Assembly (NCBI GenBank): GCA_002189035.1
Contig: NEEC01000008.1
Span: 2,294,001-2,358,000 of the forward strand
Direction: 5' to 3'
Length of the DNA: 64,000 nucleotides
From: Utricularia gibba
Taxonomy: Eukaryota > Plantae > Magnoliophyta
In this document: piece after piece, positions 11,424 to 24,417 of the stretch
How the letters are laid out: each line of letters starts with the position of its first letter
How positions within the stretch are numbered: the first letter of the stretch is position 1
Translations under genes and position numbers: made by a program
The notes under the pieces: model-generated
Told to the model about the DNA's origin: nothing
Databases searched by the model: none
The model's input: the letters and a program-made list of their open reading frames with translations, nothing else

Positions 11424-12393
11424 ACCCAACGTGAGCGCTGCAATTCGTTGAAGTTGTTCAGTTTTGGTTTCAGTTTCACCGGAAGCCGAGAGAAGAAGTC
11501 GGATGACGGCGCTGCTTCCAGTACCTTTGCCGGACAGAGCTCTCTTGTTCTGGTATACTTTCTTCACGCGTGCCTCATTATTCTTATGCGTAACAAGTAA
11601 CGAACTCTTCAGAATAGATACTCTGGGGATTGTAATAATCGAGATGCTCTTCAGGTGGCTAGATCTTCTGTTTCGACGTTTAGAATTGCTTACGGGAGTG
11701 TAAAAAGTTAAGATTCTTAAGGCATGCATTTCTCTTATTCGGATTTGATTTGAGTTGATTGTGTGGATTTGGATAAGGTAGTCTGAATGGATCCTATTCC
11801 CCGTTCGGATAGCCTGAATTCAGAATTTCAGAGACGGAGGTCTGAAAATGCTTTTAGGTTCACGCTGAAGTATCGTGTGAAACTCTGCTCAATGGCACAT
11901 GCTATGTGCTTTAATGAAGATTTCATTTATACGTTTTCGCTGGAGTATGACTACTGAGATTGAATTGCTGAAAGTCGTAACTCTGATAAGATTTAGGTTA
12001 GAAGCTCCTCTTTTCCCTCGGCATGAATCAGTGTATTAGATTTTGCATGAGATGCTAGAACTAACCTGAAGTTTCTCCATGTTATCACTACAGCCTACCT
12101 CTGCCTTGTGATCCTATTTTCCGAGAGTTCTGACAAGTGTTATTCCCAGTTTTGCATTCATATGCATCTTAAGATCTTCCAGCATTGTTATGTTTTGTTG
12201 AGTTACTTGTTTGTATTTTGATACATTAGATATTTCGCAGGAGCATCAATAACTCACATTTGCATTGCTTCTTTTTCAGGACAAGGCGAGTAAGAAAGCC
12301 GGCAACAAAGGGGCATTCGAGAAGTATGTTTTCCTAACTTCTCATAACAACAGGTGAGAAACTAGCTTTTCACAATGGTCGTATCTTGTTTTT

Positions 12394-12645
12394 ATTGGAT
12401 AGCGTAACGCAAGTACCAGCCGCGCGAGCTCCATTTCAACAGCGTCTTCAGCAGTACTTTTCCGAACTTAACATTACCACGCCTGTTGCAGGCACCAGCC
12501 AATGCTCCACACTGAGGTGTCGAGAAACATCACAGCCCCTGTCAAAATCAAACCTACACAGCATTTCAACGAGGCAGCTATAATGCTCTGGCTTGAACCC
12601 CTAATCAAACCATAGAGGGTTGACGAATCAACGAAAACCTGAATC
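12394..12645 (-). pseudogene. PLS-class PPR fragment (last repeat and E domain), frameshifted
   Basis: Across frames: KPEHYSCLVEMLCR, ALAGACNRRGNVKFGK, TAEDAVEMEL, AGTCVTLSN, resembling the E-domain consensus (EHYACMVDLLGR, ALLGACRIHGNVELG, AGNYVLLSN). Confidence 0.68.
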
Positions 12646-13015
12646 GCTGAAAATAAGGTAAACTCTGAAGGTCTTGCATGTAACATGAGGGGTTTAAGTT
12701 GAAAAGCAGATGTTGATTCCACTCTTTTTATCTAATGCTCACTAAACAACACAACACACACTCTTAAGACACAATACTTGAAGGTGGCCAAGGAATTTAT
12801 TTGATATTTCTGCTTAGTATTGGTTTTTACTAGGACTTGTAATAATAGAAATGTATTACATAAACTTCAGCTTTGAACTTTGATCTCCGAATAATTCCTC
12901 TGCCTACTGATCAAAGATATGCCTTGTTAGAGAGAATTGGATTCCATTCCCACCAACAGTGTTTTTCAGGGAAGGCTTACAGAATGTCATCCATCAGGGA
13001 CATGGACGGTGAGAA

Positions 13016-13381
13016 CTATAATATGGACCTTGAAAAAGGAAACCACATAGATCGGACCCATCGCCGGAAAGCCATCAGGACGATCAACACAAGCAGAAGA
13101 GCCGACACGGCCCATGGGAATCCCTTGACCACCCTTGACCAGTCCCGCCTCCCAGTCCGCCTCCCAGGAGACGGCGTGAACTCGACGCCTGATCGGAGGA
13201 AGATTATCAGCAAAATGGGAACAAACAGGAAGAGAACACGGCTGCCGATGACTGCGAACCTCAGCTTCACTCTGAAATGAGCGTATTCTGAAACAAACAA
13301 GAGAAACATAACGAGGGTAAAGAGAACGATCAGTGGAGAGGGTGGAGCTGCTTGGATTGCTCTGATGAGGCTCTTCTCCAT
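13016..13381 (-). CDS. small (121 aa) plant membrane protein of unknown function
   Basis: ATG-initiated single-exon ORF with three hydrophobic segments and a PWAVSALLLVL motif; TATA-like CTTATAAG about 65 bp upstream. Confidence 0.6.
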   Translation of the reverse strand: MEKSLIRAIQAAPPSPLIVLFTLVMFLLFVSEYAHFRVKLRFAVIGSRVLFLFVPILLIIFLRSGVEFTPSPGRRTGRRDWSRVVKGFPWAVSALLLVLIVLMAFRRWVRSMWFPFSRSIL

Positions 13382-13692
13382 GACAGAAACAGCACATTTG
13401 CTCGAGATTCGAAGGGAAAGATATGCTTCGGCTTGTGAGTATCGTATCTTATAAGCTCTCTATGATCATTTAAAATTTAATGACCTCACTTACAATATCG
13501 CGGGCTGGGCCTTTGAATGGGGCCTACGCGCTTACCCCAAAGAGGCCCAGAAACGTGAAATGTCCTTCTCTTGTTGTATGTTCTTAGGAAGGTCAATCCA
13601 CGTGGTTGCTACCGAGGAGGAAGATCTGAGGCGAACGGTCTCAAAATTTTGTTGGATTCTTCAATCGAAGTGATCTCAATCGGAAAGAAATA
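13382..13692. promoter_or_regulatory. short divergent promoter region with site II motifs
   Basis: 311 bp between two divergent ATGs; contains TGGGCC and GGCCCA motifs. Confidence 0.5.
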
Positions 13693-14512
13693 ATGTCTTC
13701 GACGTTTAGCGGGGATGAAACTGCTCCATTCTTCGGCTTCCTTGGCGCCGCGGCTGCCCTAGTCTTCTCCTGTAAGTTCCTCGATCTCATCTGCGTTAGT
13801 TGCTCGATTCGAACCTATTAGATAACCATGTATTGTTTGTTATTGCGTTTTACCAAGTTTCTCATATTTCTTTTAACCTTAAGGTATTTTTTAGTTTCTG
13901 AATCGTTGCGGTTTGAATTGCGATAGGTTTCAGGTGGTAGGCTCTTGAGATTTTTTTTTTTTTTGGTGTTTAGGTATGGGTGCGGCCTATGGCACAGCGA
14001 AAAGTGGTGTGGGTGTTGCCTCAATGGGTGTGATGAGGCCGGAGCTTGTCATGAAATCAATTGTCCCAGTGGTCATGGCTGGTGTTCTTGGAATTTATGG
14101 TTTAATTATTGCTGTGATCATCAGCACGGGAATTAATCCCAAAGCCAAGTCTTATTACCTTTTTGATGGTTATGCTCATCTATCTTCTGGCCTTGCTTGT
14201 GGCCTCGCCGGTCTCGCAGCTGGAATGGCTATTGGCATTGTCGGAGATGCTGGCGTCAGGTACGTTTGCAAACGTAGTTTTGTGACTCAGTCCTGGTTGT
14301 TTTATGATATTCCTGGTAATTAAGTTCAAGCTTTTTGGTCTGAGATTATAACTTCATGGATCATATTTGCTATGTACAGGGCAAATGCACAGCAACCGAA
14401 GCTCTTTGTCGGGATGATTCTTATTCTCATTTTTGCCGAAGCTTTGGCACTTTATGGTCTTATTGTTGGAATTATCTTGTCTTCGCGTGCTGGCCAGTCC
14501 AGAGCGGACTAG
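13693..14512 (+). CDS. VHA-c: V-type H+-ATPase 16 kDa proteolipid subunit c
   Basis: Exons 13693-13771, 13974-14259, 14380-14512 with GT-AG introns give 165 aa: [38 protein letters not shown]...[11 protein letters not shown]...AGQSRAD. Confidence 0.98.
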
Positions 14513-15433
14513 GTATTCAGGGCTCCCTTTAGAAGCTTTAGTAACAGGTGGGAAGAAATCACTCTATATGGAAATTGGTTCCACATCCTGTATTTCTCCT
14601 CGTTTTGCATGTGAATTCTTGGTTCGATGTGATGTCATTTCTGCAGAATAAGGGCTGCATTGGAGCTTCCACTGTCACTGCTCATTCATGTTTCCACTTC
14701 CATTGTGCGAACATTCACATAGTTTCTTTGATATATGGTCCGTGTCGTCTATTTATTCCGCGGTCGCTTGATATTTGATTGTGATTGTTCTCCGTGTTTG
14801 TGTTGTTCAAATTCGAGCCTGTTGAACAGCCCGACTATTTATATAGACTTGGAGAGCAGCATTTCAACAAACCAAGGGATAAGTAGAGAAGGAAATCCTT
14901 TCTATACTTGAATCAGTCGATTATGTGTAGCTGATTGGAAAAGCACCTCCTCTCCTGATGAACTGCTTCCTCCATCCCCCATACTCTGGCAGGTGTCGCT
15001 TCCTAGAATGGAAACTACCCATTCAATGAAAGTTTAACATTACCTTTTAATTTTTATTTTGTTAATGGTATTAAATTAATAGTAAAATTTTAAATTTATA
15101 ATTTAATAATCATTTTTATGATTTATTTAACTTTTTTTTTTAAGTGATGTCATTGGAGATATATCCATCGAAATGGTGAAACGATAAATTTATATCAAGT
15201 TTTTGTTCTGAGCGTTGTCGTAAATGATGGTTTAAATCAATGCCCTCCTACCTTCTATCAAATGATACCATTGATTCCTTCATGTCGAGCGTAATTTCCA
15301 TTAATTAATTGCCATTAATTAATTCCCTTTTCCACACTGTTACCTTTTGAAATTTGGATTCTAGAGTTAATTAAGTTCATTAGTTTTTTTAAACGGCATG
15401 CATGTAACCACAATGGGAAACGCACATCTCATA

Positions 15434-18400
15434 TTAAAGAAACGAGAACACGCTTTGGAACCCTAGAAAGGAAAGGTTACCTTTGGGTTCACCGGCTGTC
15501 CCTACCTCCGGACAGTGGAAAATGTTACCTGGAGTTAGACGAGGAGACTTCAACATCATGCCAACATTATCCTCTGTCTCGGTTTTCATGGGGATTTTGA
15601 CGGTCTCCTCCATTTTTCTGTAATCCCAAGCTTTGGTGAAATTTAGATGTTCCATGCCCATGGCTTTGGAATTCCCGAGCTTTCGTCTCATCTGTTGCAC
15701 AACTGTCTCTTCAGTGAGTGGTATGGATTCGCCGAGCTGATGTTCAGTACCCAGTTCTTTATCTTCTGCGGTGGGATAAAATATAGAAAACAGTTCAAGT
15801 ATGAGTGATAGTTAAAACTTAACCAAGCCTTTCTCATCTGATTCACTGCATTTCTTTTCTGAAGATCTTATAAGTAAAGGTATTTATCTATAGTTGATGC
15901 TAGGGATAATAAGCTGCTAACCTGTGTTCTCCAGCAAATGAGATTTCTCACTAACAGCCTCCGTACCATGGATGGTTGTAATGCTTCCATCATCATCCGT
16001 GCATGGTTCTGATAGTCCTCCTAGAGATTGAGCACATGTAGCTTTACCGATGAAGAGATCAAGGCAATCATCGTCGAACTCGACATGATCTTCGCGTGCG
16101 CGCTTCCTAATGAGGTTAAAGGCTTGCATTGATGGGGAAGACTTGTTATCACTGGACACAGGTAAGACGGGCAAATCCCTGGCTTTCTTCTTGATGTGAT
16201 CAAACACTGTTCTATGAGTTACCACTTTGCAATCATCTTCAGATTGGGGGACAGATGTGTAATTCGGATCTAGAAAAGTGGAGCAGAATGAGACACAGGA
16301 TGAGCTGTAAGATAACTGAACATTGGAAACACAGCTTTTACCAGTTGGGGGATCTTCTTCAATGAGGTTGAAGCTAGGCCTGAGCATGCAAAGAGAACCC
16401 GAGATTAGTTGTTTCTCAAGTGAAACAATTATAATCATAAGGTCGTACATGGAAATTGAATTCTCAATCTGTTCATTGGAGTTCACAACAGAAGTTGTAG
16501 TAGTGACGTCATTAATGATGCAAAGGTCCTCAGGATCAGAGCGGAGCTGCACCCTCGGTTTACCTTTGGGATTCACAGATAATTCTGGTGGTGGTGTGAC
16601 AATAGCCTTTTGATGGAGATCTATGCCGACTATAGAAAACAGGAAAAAATGACTTGATGGAATAAGTGATACCATAAAGATATAGTAAATGGAAGAGTTT
16701 AGGAGGTTACTGAATTGTTCGAATATCAAGTTTGTCTTGATTGACATCTTCCCTTGTTGCGGAGTTGGGAATAAAACCGTTGCATTGTAAGGGCTGTGAA
16801 AATCGGCACATCAGTTTTCGGTTTCCCTTGTTGACATCTACTTGAACCATGAGGTTGGAAGTTTCCATACCTGGAAAAATCCTCCACTCTAAAACCAACA
16901 GACAGAAAATTCAGAGACAAATTAAAAGGCTAGCACTTTTATCTCAACTCGAACAGCTCAATTTACCTAATCCTTTCATAGAACAGAATGAGGTTCTCTT
17001 CTTCAACGCCAACAATCTGTTGGATGAATTTGCATATGTGAGCTCTAAAGGTAGGAAGAACTTCGAATACTTGCACAATTACCATATCAGCATAATGTTT
17101 TCTAGCTGATTGTGACGGCTGGGATATCCTCGTTAACGTTATCAACAGCTTGGACATTCCTGGTTTTTGGCCCTGGCTTTCCTCAACTACCATTTCAACC
17201 TTCGGAGGTAGCAATAAAAGTGACTCCTTAATGTGATTTCCAAAGGGATACTTTCTCCCAGTCACTAACTCTATCTTCCTTGGATCTGCTTCACGGAGGG
17301 TGTCGAATGATGTCACTCCCATAGATTGCAGTGCCTAAAAGAACTTATCAATATGGATATAAAAAAAGCACAAATACCAAGCTTAAGGCACAAACCTTTG
17401 CAGTTACCATTCCAATTCCTGGCAACTGTTTAAGCAAGTAGGGGCTATCGTCCCATAGTTTCTGATGCAAACATTTGGCAATGATCATGGAACTCAGAGC
17501 TCCCTTATAGCTCTTATTGTACATAAAGTAGTCTTTCATGCACTTCGCAATTCTGGATCCATTAGAGCATATGGAATTTACATCCTGCTTCCAAAAAGTG
17601 AAGTCAAATTTTCAAAATCTGGAATTCTCACCAACGGGAAAATTTGTAAAGAGGCAAAACCTGGATCATTGAAAGGTCACGGACTAAAGGATCACCATGT
17701 AAGCAGTCATTCACCAAAATAAAAATCTTCTCCTCCCTGGTCTGGATGCGCTTTTTCCTCTTTCCTCTGTCATCAAGGATATGGAAACGGAGCCGACCAT
17801 CTTTGTCACTGTTTATATCATTTAGGCATTTCTTCTCATTCCTCCTAAGTTGTATCCCTTTCATTATCAAATGAAAAAATGAAAACACAAACGATATTGC
17901 CGGACGGCTAAACCATCATTAAGATTCGCACATACATGCAGTTTCTTCTGCCTGGCAGATGATACGAAGTGTTTCTTCTAAGTCGCAATTCGCCGGGGCC
18001 TGTATAATGTGCTTCATTGTGTCAAACTTCAGGTAGTATTTTGTCATTAATCTTCCAGGTTCTATATATTAGAGGGCACGAATGAGTATGGCAAATTAGC
18101 TTTAGATAAAATAAAACAATGGCAACAAATTTTGATGCTGTACCCAGAGGCTTTAGGAGAAAACCATCTTCATCAGTCCAGACCATCTGACACTGTGACA
18201 ATTCTTTGACTTTTTGAACACATATTTCTGCAAAATTGTTGTTTTTCAACCACGGAAATCAAGAGGAGACATTTTTTTTTTTTTTTGCCTACATAAATTA
18301 CCTAGCAAATGCTTCTCTATTTGGTCATCACTTAATCCTTTCAAAAACGAAAAACCTTGAGGATTCTGATGGTTAGTTTCGTGAAACCTATCAGAAAAGG

Positions 18401-21400
18401 TACTCAAAGGAAACGAAACCGTCTTCCGAAAGCCCAAGTGAATACCTTTTTCATTCTGATGTACATAAATGAACATTTCATCCACTCGATTGCCCTTGTT
18501 ATATCTGAGACTGTTGACTGGACTATTTCTGCAGTTAAATGTTCCATCATGCATGGAAGCAATCTGAAAAGATTCCACCCAGGAGTTAGGTACACAGGTT
18601 AAGTTCAAAGAAAAAATAGATCAGAAGGGGCCTACTGAGATTCCACAAGTTCACATCCGTTAAGCAAATTCTCGTACAAATGAACCTGAGATACGAATAC
18701 GTTACTATAATTGAGAAAATTAATCAATGTCGGATTTTCCTTAAATACAGTGAGAGTGCGTACTGTTTCTTTTCTGGTCATAATTATGACAATACCCGTA
18801 TCATCAAATGGAGGGCGGCCTGCTCTTCCACACATCTGTGCAATTACATAAAATATTTGCAATTGAAGAGGAACTCAATTAACAAGACACTGATTGCACA
18901 CCATATCTGTCTAAAGGTTCATTTATTAGATGGCCAATTAAGTTACAGTGAGCCAGCCATCACAACAATGATTTTGAAAGAACCAACTCACCTGCAATAC
19001 CATAGACCTCTCATACTCCGTGTAGGCACCTTTCTCCTTGTTGCTGAAATCAAATGAATTTTATGATTGAGCTTTTTTCAGATGCATTATAAATGCACCA
19101 AGTTCCTCAAAGAGGAAATATATATAGTTGGGGGACAAAATTTCAAGTTATGGTTTGATATTGTAGAAATGTATATACTAGAATTGAATGAGAATCACGC
19201 AAGATAGAGTAAGAGTAAATAAGAAGCTATCTCACAAGTATTGTGTTGACTTGATGATAACTGTGTGAGCTGGAAGATTGATTCCATGCGCCAAAGTGTT
19301 CGTGGTGCATAAAACTCGAAGGCAGCCATTTAGAAAAAGACCTTCAATGATATTTCGGTCCTTTGAAGAAAGTCCACCGTTATGATATCCAACTGTGAAT
19401 GAAGAAAGATGCCAATTCATAATCTTGTGATGACATATACAAGCATGCCCTACTTCAGGAGACACGCCTTAAAAGAAAATACGGAAGGATACCGTACCAC
19501 CATAAACTACATAAGCTTGCAGTTGTTTATCGCTGCATGATAAGGATGCTTCCTTTAACCTATCCTGCTGATCTCTGCTTCCGATGAAAGGATTTGAGTG
19601 GCCAAATGTCATTACAATTTGAGCAAGCCGTTGGGCTGCTTCTTGTGCTCCTTTTCTGGTTGAGCAAAATATTAAGGCAGATTTTCCCCCAGAATACTGC
19701 ATGAGAAGATCTGCAGGTTTAAGTCTCCAACTGTAAGATGGTGGCCGATCCGCTGCTTCGTGAAGTAGACCAACTTGGAAGGAATCATCTGCAGAAAGGT
19801 TTGCATCCTTACCATAGATGTAGTTCTGGAGGCGCTGTAATAATAACAATACAGAATCAGGAAATGTGAAAACATCCAAGTCTTACAAGTACCAAAGAGG
19901 GTACAAGGAAATACTTGAAAATTAATAAGTAGAATCACCTTTTCAAATAAAAAGTCATTTTTGGCAGCTGTGTATCCTGCGAGAGAGGAGTTTCTGATAA
20001 CGAAAGGAACTAGGCATGCTATGCTCGCTTTAAATGAAGACATACCGAATACTTTTGTTGTCAACTTAACAGGCCTCATTTCTTCTCCGAATCTGCACAA
20101 TAAACAATACTTCAATGAGTTTCGCTTGAACATATAAACAGAAAAATTGACGGTTGCACTCATACATAAGCCCACCTCTTTATTCCCTTGGGTGGAGCCA
20201 TGAGCCACTCACCTGGAAGAGAAAAGTACATCTTACCAACTATTTTCAGATGCCTTGAATATCACTACACGAAGTGCAAAGTCTTACTACCTAAGTCATT
20301 GATGTTTGGTATTGTAGCTGAAACAGCTAGGAAACGAACATTTGATAGAGGACTTGATTGCATTTCATGTTTTCTAGCAAGCATTTTTATTCTGCTAACT
20401 ATTGCTTCTAGTGCTGCTCCTCGAGGATCACTTAACAAATGAACCTCATCAATCAGAACGAGTGCAACATCGCTGAAAAACCCCAAACCTCCGTCTTTGA
20501 TGCAATAACGAGTCACCACATCGAATTTCTGGGGATGACAGGCTTAGGTCAAGCATGAGGACTTCATCAGAATGGATGAAAGAAGGTTCTACAAGTGACA
20601 AACCTCAGGTGTGGTCAGAATGATATCAGCATCTCGTATACTCTTAATGCTGTAGGATTCATTGTCACCAGTCAACTCAAGGCACGTAATCTCCATTGGT
20701 TTAAGCTTCTGACTCCAATGCCGTAGCTTCTCTTGTACCAATGCCTTTGATGGTGCTATGTAAACCTTCAGAAAGTCACAGTTGATCAGCTAAGTAGGCA
20801 AAGAGTATGCACTGGGAATTGGGATCATTTGCATATGGTTTCAAATGTCAAATGTAGTATCGCAAAATTGAATAAATTTACCAAACATTGAGAGGTAATA
20901 TGTTATATGGACATAAAAAAAACATCAGTATCTTTATTCAAATCCTACCGTCTTAAGTGTCCCTTTCTGATGAATGAATCCATCACCAGTTATGAACTTG
21001 GAGAGAAGTCTCATAATGCATAACTCGAAAAGCACAGTTTTCCCACTTCCAGTTGGTGCCGAAATCACCATGTTCACATCCGAAAGGAAGCATGTGGAGA
21101 AACACTCACTCTGTAAAGAGTTGAAGTATCTGGACATATCAAAAGGTTACTTAACACGGAGAGGATTTTTTCACAACTACTAAACTAAATCAATGCTGAA
21201 AACCTAAAACTATGTTCCAAAGAGTTGCTCATCTCTCCGGCGGCAAGGAACCTTCATAATTTTTATATTTTCATGGGAATTTTTAATAAAATCATTCCGG
21301 ATTACATCCACTTACATAAAATTACAATTCTAAATCACTCCAAGCACTCATACGAAAACTCTAAATAAAAACTCTAAGCGCAGTTCGCAATTAACATGTG

Positions 21401-21518
21401 TTTCTGGATTTCGATCTCTTCATGAATCCAATTCGTAAATAGTTTGTTACCTGAAACTAAAAATCGAGCGAAGAGGAAGAGGTAAATCGGTAACCGCCTT
21501 GAGCGAATAGGTATCCAT
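15434..21518 (-). CDS. RCK: meiotic DExH helicase MER3 / ROCK-N-ROLLERS
   Basis: 24 exons traced in frame with GT-AG junctions; APTGSGKT, DEVH, SAT, TNTLAHGINLP, QMCGRAGR, Sec63-like region, C-terminal LGFQSVFSFL. Confidence 0.95.
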
Positions 21519-22197
21519 CCATACACGTGCGAAAATTCACAACCACACTCTACCGTGAAACGTACAGAATCGAATGATTCAACCTCGCAACACTTACACC
21601 ACCGTTACGATCGATAAAGCAGATAAGCGGCGATTCAACTCAGAGCCTGAGAATCGAGAGAACCTCGCAACACCTTCAGCAGCGATTTACGACCGATTAA
21701 GCAGATCACCCAGCGATTCAAGTCATACACTGAGAGTCGACCGTTTCCCCGAAAATATCATGAGAAAATGGCGGCTAAGCTTCTTTTATTTTATTTTTTA
21801 TGTGAAAAATGGAGGGTTTTAAGCCCTTTTTTTTTTTTTTATAAACGCCTCTTCTTTTCCATAAATTCCATTCATAAACTTAAAAACACCAAGTCACAAA
21901 TAAATAATAATGCATAAATATTTTTCTAATTATTGATATTGGCATTTTTATATTAAAATTTATAATTTTTTAATATAACTACAAATTGTAAAGTTTTACT
22001 TTTCATGGTATCAAATAAACAATAATAACTTAAATTTATAATTTTTAATAGTATAACCTTTTTTTATTTTAATGGTAACACATAATAGAGTGGCTCTGCC
22101 ATGCTTGCAGTTCCTGATGTAATGAGTAGCACTAATGAAAGCACCGTATGCCAGTATCTCATACAAGCATTTCAATACAACTGTGCTCAAAATTTTG

Positions 22198-23897
22198 TTA
22201 ACTAACGGACAGCAAGGTTGTATCTTCATCTTCAACCACCAGTTCAGATTCCAATTTTCTCAATGCATCCCTCAAACGGCTGCAGGCCTCATTAGAATCA
22301 TCTGTACAACATTTGAGATCTTTGAGATAAGCATCTACTTCGGAAGTGAAGCTCAACATCTGCCCCAGAGATGTCTTGATCTGAGAAATCTCTTGTGGCG
22401 GATAGAGGGATGCTCCGAGCTCGTCGACCTGAAATCCAATAGCTTGGCAGAGCTTCAGCAGGCTTTCCAATGAGGTTACTGAAAAACATGAATCACCCGA
22501 GGTTTCCTGCTTAAGCAAGGAAGTGATTGCTCGAATGATTTCTTTAAGAATTGCTAAAGTCTCAGACACAATGCTGGTGGTAAACTGCACTATTTTCATC
22601 TCCTCCGGGGATAGATCATTTCCTAAATCAACATCAGAATCACCATCGTCAAATTTATTCTCAGGAGAATCAGGCTTGAGTTCCTTCATTTCGCGAAGAA
22701 CATCTTTGACGGAGACAGCAACTTGGGTCATTGCTCTTCCGATGGCTGTGACGTTTGTGGTTGGAGCCTTCTTCACATCAGAACATGCATCCCACACTGC
22801 ACCCACAAGTTGTGGGATTTTCTGCTTCTGTGATATACTAAGGTTTTGGCCTGCAGATATTCAAAGGTGATCATATCATTTCAAATTTTGGATTCGTGTA
22901 CCTTGAGCATACACTTCAACAGGATATTATCGTAGAGACTGGAAAATTAGAAAGGTGGGAAGAGATCGAAATTCAAGAATATTGAACTGAAGATACCGTA
23001 CGAAGAGACGGCCTCTTGAAACAGCAGGAAGCTGCTGTCTACCACTAGCTTCACAGATTTATGAATGCATGAAGACAGAGTTGGTCCTGCACCAACTAAA
23101 CTCCCATGGCAGACATAAAGGAACCCTTGCAAGGCATTGAAATAAGCAACCATGCTTTCCTCAAGAGCCTTGACACCAGGACTTTCACCCGAATAAAGCA
23201 TTCCAACTGCCATGTAAAGAGAAAAATATCAACAAGGAACAGAAATACACACTCGAAGGATGATAGAAGAAATAAAGTACGACTAAACAGATGTGAAATG
23301 GAAACAGGTCTATACAAACTGTGTCAACCGTTTCTGTCCATGAAAAATGAAGGATTCTTTGTGTTCAAGCGATCCTATGAAAGGGGAAATAATACTTCAT
23401 AACAGAATCCATATTCTATTCCAGATGGGGAACACAGAATTGGATCAAACAAATGCAAAGTGCACCACGTGTTTAAGAAACGGACTTACTCCCCTACGCG
23501 AACACTACCAGCAGTTAAGCAGAAAGTAATAAATGACAACATAGCATGCTCAATGTAAGGAGATCAAACACGAGGAAGCAGGGAGACCATTAGTAGCTTG
23601 TTTGGATACTTGTTCGCTCATCTGAATGACGTTCTTCCAGTTTCCCTTCTCAACAGATGAAGCCGGGGCGACATCCAAAATCTAGGAAAGGGGAGAAAAG
23701 AATGATCTTTATATAAACAATCACACAACGAATCAAAACTGAGCTCCCAGATAGTCGCCGAGCAGCAAAAAGGGATAGGGCTGTTTCATTGAAAAAAAAA
23801 TATCAAGTTTCATACGAGAAACCTGAAGCGCCTCGTGTATGGCGTTGAGGTGGGAGCTCAAAGCTCGGTTCAATTGCTCTTTCGCCGTCTTCCCCAT
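22198..23897 (-). CDS. cyclin-D1-binding protein 1 (GCIP) family protein
   Basis: Four exons in frame: MGKTAKEQLNRALSSHLNAIHEALQ, NWKNVIQMSEQVSKQAT, GFLYVCHGSLVGAGPTLSS, VGAVWDACSDVKKAPTTNVTAIGR, DELGASLYPPQE. Confidence 0.85.
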
Positions 23898-24417
23898 ACC
23901 CAACTCTCAAAAGCTCAGGTCGCTCGATCTCTGCATTTAGGTTTCTTTGTTTTTCAAAATGAATAAATAAACATATTATTATATTGTTGAAAGACAGATT
24001 AACTTTCAATTATTAAAAAAATATTTAATTGGCTTTATTTTACAATTTTCACAATTATTCAATTTCACTATTACTCAGTTGAGCCATTAAATATATCCGT
24101 AAATTAAAATATTATTTAAATAAATGTATTTAATCATAAATTTAAATTAAATCGAATCTAATTTAAATTTAAACCCCGTGTAAACTTTTAACAAAACCAA
24201 TTAATTAAAATTTTCTTGTATAAAAACATATTAATCGATTATTATTTTTTTATTATGAAGAAAAATTATGGTTTCAATTCTTAGCCCTAATTGATGAAGT
24301 TTGTGATCCTCGTTGCTGCTACCAAAATGGAAAGAAACAAGGCCTTGGATTGAAACTGAAATGGCGATGCATATGCCTCTTTTGGAGCTCCGGTGTGGGT
24401 TTCGAGCTTCTTCAGCA

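Noticed and set aside
14930-15010. Exon-like purine-rich stretch on the minus strand (MGDGGSSSSGEE...)
   Set aside because: Short, no recognisable homology, no supporting neighbouring exons.
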